Source of the DNA: Amoeboradix gromovi X-113
Taxonomy: Eukaryota; Fungi; Sanchytriomycota
Assembly: GCA_018985225.1 (NCBI GenBank)
Contig: JADGIF010000016.1
Coordinates: 1 to 32,000, forward strand
Reading direction: 5' to 3'
DNA: 32,000 nucleotides
Of this stretch, positions 9,922 through 19,464 are shown piece by piece (position 1 is the stretch's first letter; each line of letters begins with the position of its first letter). The position numbers and the translations under genes are program-made. The notes beneath the pieces are model-generated. The model was given only the letters and a program-made list of their open reading frames with translations. It made no database searches and was not told where the DNA came from.

Positions 9922-12412
9922 ATGGCTACCGTCAAACCTTTAACTTCCATCCATTTTTTCAATGATGCATTGAATGTTATCAAGCTTAATGGCTCAACTA
10001 TATTAAAAATTCTAGAGCATGAAGACTATAGTAGAGCAACTGTTATTAAATTGTTACAAACTGCAAATGAGCTATTTCTTGTTTTAACTAATTCTTACCC
10101 TCCCAAGCCGTACTACACGTTGTTTAGCGAAATACTTCTGTATATCCAGCCCCTTCAGATGTACTTCATTGAGTATGAACGTCATTCTAAAGATTTGCAG
10201 GATATATACGAGCTATGTCAATATATCCCAATGTGCCTTCCTCGCCTGTACTTGATGATTACAGTTGCCAGTGCCATGTCACTTTATAACCACAAGTATC
10301 CAGATCTGCTGCAAATACCGGACAAGTTAATAATTACGGAAGTCATGAGTATGAGCAAAGCCGTTCAACACTCAATTCGTGGTCTATTTCTGAGGCACTA
10401 CCTTGGGATCAGCTTTAAACATGCTTTAGATTCTGATGGACTAGACTTGGCTGACAAAGTTCAGTTTATAATTAATAACCTCATTCAAATGGTTACTTTG
10501 TGGATTAGATGGCAGCATCATGGTTATACGCCTGATATTCGCCAAGATGAAAGACAACAGTTGACCACTTTGATTGGAACTCATTTTCAGCGTTTAACGC
10601 TTCTAAACTTTTCTCTCGAGTATTACCAAAGCAGTGTTTTACCTTCAATTTTGAAAGAAGTAGTTAACACCAGTGATGACTTGGCACAGGAGTACTTATT
10701 ACAAATTATTATGGATGGATTTCCCATCAATTTTCAGTTAGCTACGCTAGATCAGTTATTGAGTTGTGTTGCTAAATGTCAAATTAATATCAAACGTACA
10801 ATGCTATCTATGTTGACAACCTTTACTCTTAAATTCCAAGAGCTCTCTGATAATACTACTAATTTGTTCAACATCTTCTTTCCTCAGGTACAGTTAGTGT
10901 TAAGTACCCGTTTAGATGTTAGCCCGTTAGATATCAGTGAGATTATGTTAGCAATGGTTAGGCTGGTTATTACGTACTACCCTTCCAACTATGAGTATCT
11001 TGATTTAATATTTAGTAACCTTGTTGTTTATTTGAAGGACAAGCAAATTGACTTTCAGGTTTGGGACAACTACCAGGAAATGTTCAAGTTGCTATTGAAC
11101 GAGTTCCACTCTGATATATTCTTTCATTTGCACGTAGATTCATTGCTTTCTGTATTTCCAATTAGACACCAAATGTTAATTAGTGTTTTATTTATAAACG
11201 AATTGACTAATAACAATAAGTGTCTTGGAAACATGGACGAATTGGGTGTTTTCATGAGCATCTGCAATTCGTTGTACAACAAAAGACCCGAACTACCTGC
11301 AAACGACACAGTATTGTTCTGTAAATGTTTGCATAATATTAGGCATTCAGACCCTAGCGAGTATTTTCTAGTATTTAACACTAATTTAGCTTATCAGTAG
11401 CATTCGTAAATATATTGCAGATTCAAGCCATAATAGATTAAAGTTAATTATCCCTACGTTGCTAGAGTTATCCTTGAAGGTTATACCAAGACTAGAACCA
11501 GAATCAGCTATACAGGCACCAGTAGTATATAAGTTTGCGCACCAGCTGATAGCTCTGCTAGTACATACAACCAATGATTCGCAGTTAGGGTTTAATAAAG
11601 TGGAGGACGAAAATGAATTGCAGTGTTTAAAACTATATTTAAATGTGGGAGTGAATTGTGGACTAAATGGCATGGAAGAGATGGGTTACGAAATGTTTGT
11701 GCAGGGATTTACTATATACGAGACAATGATTAGTGAGAGCAGAAGCCAATACTGTGCGTTAATAGCTATGACTACTCAGTTACAAAAGTCTGTTATGCAG
11801 AGCGGTAACTATGACACATTGACCACAAAGATATGCTTGTATTGCCAAAAACTGATGAAAAGACAAGATCAATGCAGAAGCTTGTTATTAACTAGTCATT
11901 TGTACAATAAAGTTAGTTACAAAAATGAGAGCAAATTACTTGGAGTATTGCAAAAAAGTATTAAGATAGCAGACAGCTGCGTAGATGCAACAATACATTT
12001 AGAGTTATTTGTGGAAATATTGTCAAAGTACATTTACTTTAAAATACAAAAGATTGAAATTATAACAACTAAGCACGTAACAGTGCTGATTAATCTGATC
12101 TGCACCACATTGAAAGAGCAGATAAACATTAGTAACATAGGAATAAAACCACAATCAAGCATAATATCACCATTATTACTGGGAAACAGTTTATATGGAG
12201 CGCCATCAAATGTACAGTTACCTACTAGTATCGCAAACTCGGAGATGAGTGGTCTAGATCAGTTCGCTCAGTGGCTCCTGATTTCAAGACATTTCAAGAA
12301 CTTACTAGTGGCTATAGAGCATGAGAAAGAGATGGAGGGTGTATCGGTCGATCAGGCATTAGTGGCTGTAGAACAAGTGTTAGTGCTACTGCAATCGAAG
12401 ATATCCAAATGA
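9922..12412 (+). CDS. VPS35: Retromer subunit Vps35; exons 9922-11370 and 11390-12412
   Basis: PKPYY.L, YELCQY...PRLYLMITV, VQHSIRGLFLRHYL, LAQEYLL, KLMKRQDQCR, LQKSIKIADSC..LFVEIL; 19-nt intron joins the two ORF-track frames. Confidence 0.95.
11371..11389 (+). other. 19-nt intron (gtatttaacactaatttag)
   Basis: GT..CTAAT..TAG; frame arithmetic joins ORF 9922 to ORF 11459. Confidence 0.88.
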
Positions 12413-12444
12413 TCAATAAATTTAAATTGCATATTCTTTATCTT

Positions 12445-12655
12445 TTACACGACAAGCCTCTGTCCAAAGTACTTGACTCCTGAAAAATTAAGAACTTCTA
12501 CAGTAAAATTGGCGACACTAATCCAACTGTAACAGCAATAGCTGACGTCATTAGAACCCTGAGGCGGGATTGAATAAGGATGCAGATACTTGATGTATAT
12601 GTTCCTTGCTGCCATATGATCTCTATCTATCTCCAAATGACACTTTGAACATACG
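12445..12655 (-). mobile_element. Fanzor2/TnpB-like 3' remnant, copy B (second zinc-finger CxxC, RuvC-III, putative omegaRNA region)
   Basis: CSKCHLEIDRDHMAARNIY is the TnpB/Fanzor C..C...DRD..AARNI motif; 7 mismatches in 94 nt versus 15868-15961. Confidence 0.85.
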
Positions 12656-12984
12656 GGACTCACTCTGTGATTTCTAGACTACGGTGAAAACAAAATTATT
12701 GAGAAACGTTGATATCAAGCCAACTTGAGATTATCAATATAACACAAAAAGAACTGTTTAAATATTATCAAATATTTTTAAAACAGATGAGACATCAAAT
12801 ATAAAAAGTGGACTAACTTTCTGTAACAACTTGGAACATTATTTCAGCTTTATTAATTTTATGGATTTAAGAGGCAAGTGGACATTCAGCTAGTTGCGGA
12901 GTTGACGAGTATAAAAGGAAAATAAATATTATGTACAGCTATTCTCTTACTCTTTCATCCAATCTTTATTTCAAATAAACCTCT

Positions 12985-13060
12985 GATTCATAATATTAAT
13001 TCATAATACTGATTCATAGTACTAATTCATAATACTAATTCATAATACCAATTCATAATA
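12985..13060. repeat. 13-bp tandem minisatellite, ~6 copies, consensus aattcataatact
   Basis: gattcataatatt/aattcataatact/gattcatagtact/aattcataatact/aattcataatacc/aattcataata; no spacers. Confidence 0.92.
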
Positions 13061-13085
13061 GGGTAGTTCAGCAAGACAAGAGTCA

Positions 13086-13308
13086 GTGAGACTGTCCATA
13101 GATTGCACTACAAAGAAATGTAGTGTCTGTAAAAACTTGAATAGATAAGAGTAATGATGTTAGTATAGCATTACAAAATGACTCTAGAACAGAGTACCGT
13201 CTAAGAAAATGCACCTTTTGCTTGGATGCTCAAAGACCTCATATATTTGAACGAGATGCAGGGTCTTATACTTTTATTTTAAAAAGAGGAATACAATCAA
13301 TAAAATAA
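13086..13308 (+). pseudogene. Frameshifted Fanzor1-like C-terminal remnant (not in the ORF track)
   Basis: VRLSIDCTTKKCSVCKN, then +1 frameshift, then ..EYRLRKCTFCLDAQRPHIFERDAGSYTFILKRG*. Resembles (E)..TSK.CxxC ... CxxC ... NRD.N...NI of Fanzor. Confidence 0.55.
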
Positions 13309-13407
13309 AATTGGTATAATAGAAGATCTTTTATTAATGATAGCATTTCCTCCGTATGGAGCACCTTTAAATACGAGTTAGTCTAGTTTTTATATTTGGT
13401 GTCCCAC

Positions 13408-14454
13408 ATGTCTCAAGCTCACTACATTAAAATTTTTAAAGATTTGAAGAACGATGAAAATAGCAGATACAAACACGACTTAAAGAAATTATCAAATGAA
13501 TTAAATATGAAGGAAAGCGTTGTAATTGACAAGTGCATAGAGTTGATAGAAAGAGTAAGTAATGATAAAAACATTTTGCAAATAACTTCTAAGATGCAAA
13601 AAACATCACTCAATGAGACAGACCTTTCAAATAATTATGACTACTCAGAAACTTTAATTCTTAAACATTTATATGATGATAAAAATAGACAATTATTTGG
13701 TAAGTATAACAATTTTTTTGACTCAATGGATGATGCAATGACTTTTATGCTGCAAAAAGAACCTTACAAAAAATTGGAACCATATTTGTCAATTTTTGAT
13801 GCTGATTATTTGGCAAACGCAGACCACGATACAATTATACAGGACATGCCTTCCCACGATAATAGTAGGTCTTTGTCGAGAAAGTTCCTCAATGAGTTGT
13901 TTTTTGAGACTATTATTGTTGATAAGGAGCTAAAATCAATTTTTTTGGGCGATGGGAAATGTAAGTCATCCAAAAAAAAAAGAGTTAAAAGAAATGAAAT
14001 CCCAATTGATTTCGTAATGCAATGGTCTAAAACATATGTTGGTATTGAAAAGATTTACTATCTCAACATTTCTAACAACTCTCTTGCAAAAGAAGATTTG
14101 AAATTTTTGGAAAAGCTAGAAGTTGAGATACTAAACGTGAGTGGGAATAGAATTCTGTTTGACATTGACACCGACTTCCATGACACATTTATCAGTGTTA
14201 TTAAAAACGTCAAGTCCTATGTTGACTTTAGCAATAATTTGATAGATTATGATGTAGATATCCTAAACAGCGTTTACCTTCAAGAAGGCCTAGCAGAAAA
14301 GTATGTTTGGTTGAACTCGGGTCATCTTGATTCCAAGCATCATTCTAATCCCTGGGTTAAATTCTACAAAGATAATAATTTATCAGAGAAAGTTGATATT
14401 GTGTTTAAATCGCACTGTCAATACTTTTCAACTATCTCTGCTATTGAAAATTAA
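13408..14454 (+). CDS. Orphan protein (~348 aa) with a short LRR-like region
   Basis: Intact, intronless ORF; LRR-like segments IYYLNISNNSL, VEILNVSGNRI, SYVDFSNNLI. Confidence 0.6.
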   Translation: MSQAHYIKIFKDLKNDENSRYKHDLKKLSNELNMKESVVIDKCIELIERVSNDKNILQITSKMQKTSLNETDLSNNYDYSETLILKHLYDDKNRQLFGKYNNFFDSMDDAMTFMLQKEPYKKLEPYLSIFDADYLANADHDTIIQDMPSHDNSRSLSRKFLNELFFETIIVDKELKSIFLGDGKCKSSKKKRVKRNEIPIDFVMQWSKTYVGIEKIYYLNISNNSLAKEDLKFLEKLEVEILNVSGNRILFDIDTDFHDTFISVIKNVKSYVDFSNNLIDYDVDILNSVYLQEGLAEKYVWLNSGHLDSKHHSNPWVKFYKDNNLSEKVDIVFKSHCQYFSTISAIEN

Positions 14455-14645
14455 ATCCTGATAAATTTACTGTTTTTTTCAATTTGCCACTTCTTATTTC
14501 ATTGTGTTTTGCACGACTTTCTTTGCCCTGATTGAAAAAATAATTTCTTTTCCATGCTTTTGAACAATGAGAAATTAATGAATACATGTTCATGTTATAA
14601 AATACTACTGAACATTCATCGCAAATGTCGTTCCTACTCTCTATC

Positions 14646-15630
14646 TCAATGGGCTAAATATCCAATCTTTGTTTTAAACTTTTCTGGGTATTCTTGCAAC
14701 TCAAATAGATCGTTCAAATCATAGTTCACATTATCATTACAATTTCTGACAAAAACCCAATACAACATTACCACTTCAGGTTGAATTAAGTAATTAGGAT
14801 GTTTGTTTTTATGATCAGTAGTACAGTAATCCTTCATATGATTTTTGAAGTGGTCACGGCACTCAGAATGCAAAGATTTTTTCATGATGTTTTGAATTCT
14901 ACCTTTCTGTTTATCATCAAGCTTCTTTAAAATTTCATATGTTTCTGGATTAAATAGTCCAGGGATTTTCTTGTTCAACGTTCTGGTTTTCTTTTGTAAG
15001 TAAATCCTAATATCATACATAAGAGGAGCCAAAACGCGTTGACATTTGCAACTCGTATTCTGGAATAATACAGTTTTAAACAAAAAATGTACAAAAAAGA
15101 TAATACTAAATCCTGATGCATTCTTGGCATCCTCCATGGTGGAAATCTCTGGCTTTCTTCACGCTTAGAGTACAAACAGATGCTTTAAGCTTTCTACTAC
15201 TTAGATCACTTTGTTTTGATTCATTATGGCTCCATTTTGGTTTCAAACGTATAAGATATCTTTCATCATGATCCAATTCTTCCATTGTTTCAAGCAACAG
15301 TTTTTGTTTTCACAATGTTAATCAGTATAGTAGACTATTTACCAATCTTTTTACCATCTGTTTGATAGTTCTTATTGTCGTACATTTTTCAACAGAACGT
15401 TGGAACAACCACAACGTTCACAAGCTTATTTTATTACTAGAATAATTATTTACATTTTGTTGATTTTTTCTATACCATTTACCAAAATGACCTGCTCGAT
15501 TGTTTTCTTGAATAAATCATTTATCGCGAATTTGTACATATTTTTGTATCATTTCAAGACTTTTCCAGAGTTTTCTAATACCTTAAACACTCGATATTCT
15601 TCCTTTTCGCAAATGGTAAATCAATTCTAA
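14646..15630 (-). pseudogene. Degenerate ORF(s) of unknown family
   Basis: Overlapping short minus-strand frames (163 aa, 63 aa, upstream ACERCGC fragment) separated by stops and frameshifts; no recognisable motif. Confidence 0.3.
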
Positions 15631-15657
15631 ATAAATAATTAACAGGTACAGCATACA

Positions 15658-16071
15658 TTCATCAACACTGAGGAACTAGTCCAAACATAGAATAATTAGA
15701 TGTCTTCAATGCCTAGACAGTGATATCTGTACAATTTATTCAAGGAACGCTTGAAATTCAAGTGTAAGCAAAGAGGAAAGACGATGCTCGAATGTAATGA
15801 AGCATTTACTAGTCAGACATGTACAAGGTGTGGTGCTCTAAAGAAAACCAATTTAGAAACATACACATGTACAAAGTGTCATTTGAAGATAGATAGAGAC
15901 CATATTGCAGCAAGGAACATATACATTAAGTATATGCATCGTTATTCAATCCCGCCTCAGGATAGTGAAAGTGTAAGCAATCACTGTAACGGAGAAACTA
16001 GCATTAGTTTCTCTGTGGAAATTCTCGATTTTCTCGGAAATCAGGACTTTTAACGAGTGGTTGCGACCTAA
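15658..16071 (+). mobile_element. Fanzor2/TnpB-like 3' remnant, copy A (RuvC-II Glu, zinc finger, RuvC-III, putative omegaRNA region)
   Basis: YNLFKERLKFKCKQRGKTMLECNEAFTSQTCTRCG...YTCTKCHLKIDRDHIAARNIY; upstream part (FINTEELVQ, IIRCLQCL) is broken by stops and frameshifts. Confidence 0.9.
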
Positions 16072-16800
16072 ATAGATTGTCCCATGCAGCAGAGATCGGG
16101 CGAAATCTCCCGCCCTTTCAATTCCATCACTTCTTTTAGTAGTGTCGTTCTACAACTCGCTTAATCTTTCCTACCATTTTTGTAACATTTCATTCTATCA
16201 GAGTCCGGAACTAGGATCATTGATTACAATAGGACTTGAGATACACTAGTTTATCATCAGCTCGTTAATGCATAGGATCTCGTTCAATTCCTCAATAATT
16301 AGGTCCCGATTTCTTGAGCGAGTTCCAAGATATCAATTGTGGTATGTCTTTCTTTAGGTGTGTAGGAGAATATACTATTATTTATTTTATAATTTGACGA
16401 GGACCTTGTAGTGATTCAGTACCTACGTTGCGGCAGCTTTTGCATCGCTGATAGCATTAAGTTCTGACGATTTTAGAGTGTCAGTATCTTGAAAAGGATC
16501 AACATAGTTGCAAAATGGACATTTGACTGCTGAGACCCTAATTTTTTCATAGCAAAATACGAAATCATTCCTTTCATCATCTCTAAAATTTTTGTCGTAC
16601 ATGTCAGTAATGTGTTGGCCATTATATAACACAATAGAGTAACCAAAATAAGAGATATTTGACGAAGCGACTGCTCCAAGATTCAAAGTAACTACGTTGT
16701 TCTTATTTGCATCGGCCGGAGTGGGATAGTTACATTCATTTCCGACCATCCAATTTGCTTGACGGTAACAAGAATTCCTCAAAAAACTTTTATTGAAAGT

Positions 16801-17054
16801 TGTTACGTAGCTCCCGAATATTTTAATCAAGATGATGGATACTTGTGCGCAAAATATCCATTTGGTAAAGATATTTATGCTTTTGCAGTTTTATGTGGAG
16901 AAATATTTACTGGGAAATAGATAGCAACGTGCCTGAGTTATTAAAACGCTTAAATAATGGAAAGAGACCATTTTATAAGGAAGATTAGGATATACCATCC
17001 TCCATTTTTGAAATAATGCAGTTATACCAGGAGCAAAATCCTGCTAATCGAGTA
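16801..17054 (+). pseudogene. Protein kinase C-lobe fragment (TKL-like, subdomains VIII-XI; not in the ORF track)
   Basis: CYVAPEYF...KDIYAFAVLCGEIFTGK*, frameshift, then LNNGKRPF..*DIPSSIFEIMQLYQEQNPANR. Confidence 0.8.
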
Positions 17055-17102
17055 AATACATCGCCTACGTTAAATGTGAAGAATTCGAAAATCATGAAGA
17101 TT

Positions 17103-17430
17103 TCAAACCCCACACTTCTCAAGTGTAGACAACTTGGGGAGATACCATTTGAGCATGTTCTTGCCTACATATTTTGAAGTACCTGGATTGATATCTCTAT
17201 GGTCTTGGTGACCGCATTGCTGACAATTGACGCAACGATTGAATTCTTTCATAACGCTTGCAGCTACTAAAAGTGTTGGACACATCATATTGTTTTTGAA
17301 TGGTCGCAACTCTAATGAACTTTGATTTCTTTTCATTTCGCATATTCTGATGCGATAAAATTGCTCCAAGTCGTAGATCTGCAAAGTGTTGAATGGTGAC
17401 AAAATACCAGTACCAATAAAAAGAAGTCCT
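17103..17430 (-). mobile_element. Divergent TnpB/Fanzor-like C-terminal remnant with a putative 18-nt intron at 17165-17182
   Basis: NRCVNCQQCGHQDHRDINPG[TSKYVG]KNML; removing gtacttcaaaatatgtag gives RDINPGKNML, the canonical RDxNxxxNI spacing. Confidence 0.65.
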
Positions 17431-17474
17431 ATGATATTGAGAGTTGTTTATTTATTGTCTTTTTCACTTTCACG

Positions 17475-17910
17475 CCAACGGAGTAAAACAAAATTATTTT
17501 ACAGCAAGCAACTTATGTCAAAATAGTATCGCTTTAGGTAACCAGGATGCTATAAATAATTTAAATGCATTCAAAGGCACGTCTAGACGGATTCCGTTTT
17601 TGGTTACATCATTAATGCTTTGCTCAAGAATTCTATTGCTATACACAATATCAAGAGAACGGTGTGATTTTCTACTTGAATCTTCTAAATCCAATAAAAG
17701 TTAATAGTACAAGGACTGCTTATTTCGGATTTCAACTGTTTATGCAATTTATTGAGATTACACAATCATTTGACAATGGTCAAGGTGTAGAACAAGATTA
17801 TTTAAAAGCCATGGAATGGCATCAAAAGAGTGCTGCTTTGGGTAATGCAGTTGCCATGCGTAACATTGGAGTATTATATGATAATGGTCAAGGTGTACCA
17901 GAAGATTATA
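17475..17910 (+). pseudogene. Sel1-like repeat (SLR) fragments
   Basis: NGVKQNYFTA..LGNQDAINNL and DNGQGVEQDYLKAMEWHQKSAALGNAVAMRNIGVLYDNGQGVPEDY, in different frames. Confidence 0.85.
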
Positions 17911-18814
17911 ACATGATATTTAATATTCTATGGCATATAGTCATCTGTTATTAATGCTGTTGAGGTATGAACACTGAAACAACCGAATGTACTCGATATT
18001 ATAGGAGTTTAACGAATAAACTGTCTTAACTTCTTTATGCGGATTTGCGAACTGGGAATTTATTTATTTTTTACACCGAAATTAAAATATGGTCTTAAGG
18101 AATAAATTATTCCAATTAAATAATGTACATTAACAAGAAATAGGGTCATTTTCAATAGATGAGGAATTTTCAGAACACGGGCAATACCAGGCATTATTCT
18201 AGTTTATTGCAGAGGAATCAGAAATAAGAGTTGAGGTAGCGATTCTTTTCGATTAAGAGATCTTGGTGAGTTAGCAGTGTCTGCGAGTTAGTCATTTGAT
18301 AATATGCTTCGGTCTTCAAATTGGATTCACTTGGACAGAGAGCCTCACCCTGCGAATTTCTTCCTCTTGAGAATCATTGTGAATTTCACTGAGGTCTGGG
18401 AATTTAAGAAAAGAAGAGAGCTCGGACCGCGTATAGGTTATGACTTGTATATGCATGTCATTGAAGTGTGGGAATTTATTAAACAAGGAAAGATTCCAAG
18501 AAAGAACAGCAGTGTTTAACGTTCAAATGAAAAGAATTTACTTCCAGAATTCTATATTTGTTACTTCATGCTAAATCAATGAAAAGAAGCCCAATAGACC
18601 ATGTATACTACCTCATTCTATCTATTACTTGATGTTCTCAATGAAAGGAAACTCAGTTACAAAGGTCTATATATACCCCCTCCTGGAGTTGTCCTGGGTC
18701 ATCAATATTTGATTGGGATCGAGTTCAAGCAATTGGCAAATCTCAACTACATCCCGAAAGAACGTGATCCTCTTATGCTTGAGAGGAAATGCATCTTTTA
18801 TATTCAACTGCCGA

Positions 18815-19300
18815 AAAGTGTTGCTTGATGTTGTTTTCGTACATAGTTATAACGTCGATCGCCATGTAGTCCGGCAGTGTGTTGAGATGGTGGTATTTCA
18901 TGGTATCTACTACCAGGGGCTCATATTGCTCCTCGTAGAACTCTTTGAGCTTTGCTTCCAGCTCTTGAGTCTCAGCCTACGGGGCTCTGCCTCTGTTTCC
19001 TCGCAGAGAATCTTAATGAGCGCGTTGAAAAAAGGCTTGTAGATAGTAGGTAGAGCATCTCGAGCGTAAGAGCAGTGAATCAGATACAGCTTGCAGTTCC
19101 TGAAGCTGTGGGTCATGATTCTGTTAGTGAGAAGAGCTGCATTGGTAAGCTTCTCAGAGACCGCTTCATTCCTCACAACGCTCTTGAGGCTAGTCTTGAC
19201 ATACTGGAAGAAGGCTTATCTTCCATACCATGTGAGCTTATTGTGCGCCGAAGAACTTTTTGCAGTCGTATTTGACATTTCAAAATTTTCAACAGTATAA
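18815..19300 (-). mobile_element. Fanzor1-type element left end and N-terminal coding region (frameshifted, 3'-truncated)
   Basis: FFQYVKTSLKSVVRNEAVSEKLTNAALLTNRIMTHSFRNCKLYLIHC..LPTIYKPFFNALIKILC, frameshift near 18980, then LKEFYEEQYEPL..KYHHLNTLPDYMAIDVITMYENNIKQHF. Matches from memory the N-terminus of Fanzor1 proteins of giant viruses and protists/fungi. Visibly more GC-rich than its flanks. Confidence 0.72.
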
Positions 19301-19464
19301 ATAAATTTATAGTCGTTTATCTAATGAGATCTATTGTTGCAGATGTCGCCTGGTTGTCATTCTTGATCTCATTGCATTTGGCGCTTACCAATGAGTGGTG
19401 ATTGGAATATTCTGGAAAAGCTGTAAAATTACATAAGCCATGAGGACAAGGGCTAACAGATTAA

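Noticed and set aside
12985-13060. Repeat array near nuclease remnants as a possible CRISPR-like guide array
   Set aside because: Units are contiguous 13-mers with no unique spacers; it is a simple minisatellite.
16092-16119. GC-rich hairpin gggcg...cgccc followed by ttt, as a Helitron 3' end or terminator
   Set aside because: Only a 5-bp stem, no nearby CTRR terminus and no counterpart in the second Fanzor copy.
16423-16830. 135-aa minus-strand ORF containing CPFC
   Set aside because: Non-ATG start, overlaps the kinase fragment and has no recognisable family motif; left unannotated.
18385-18495. Short internal duplication (EVWEFKKRR / EVWEFIKQG)
   Set aside because: Two degenerate copies in stop-riddled sequence; no function can be supported.
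17103-19300. One full-length Fanzor formed by the N-terminus at 19.3 kb and the C-terminus at 17.1 kb (same strand, ~2.2 kb apart)
   Set aside because: The intervening DNA shows no RuvC-I or other Fanzor similarity and holds opposite-strand Sel1 fragments; the two pieces look like different subfamilies.
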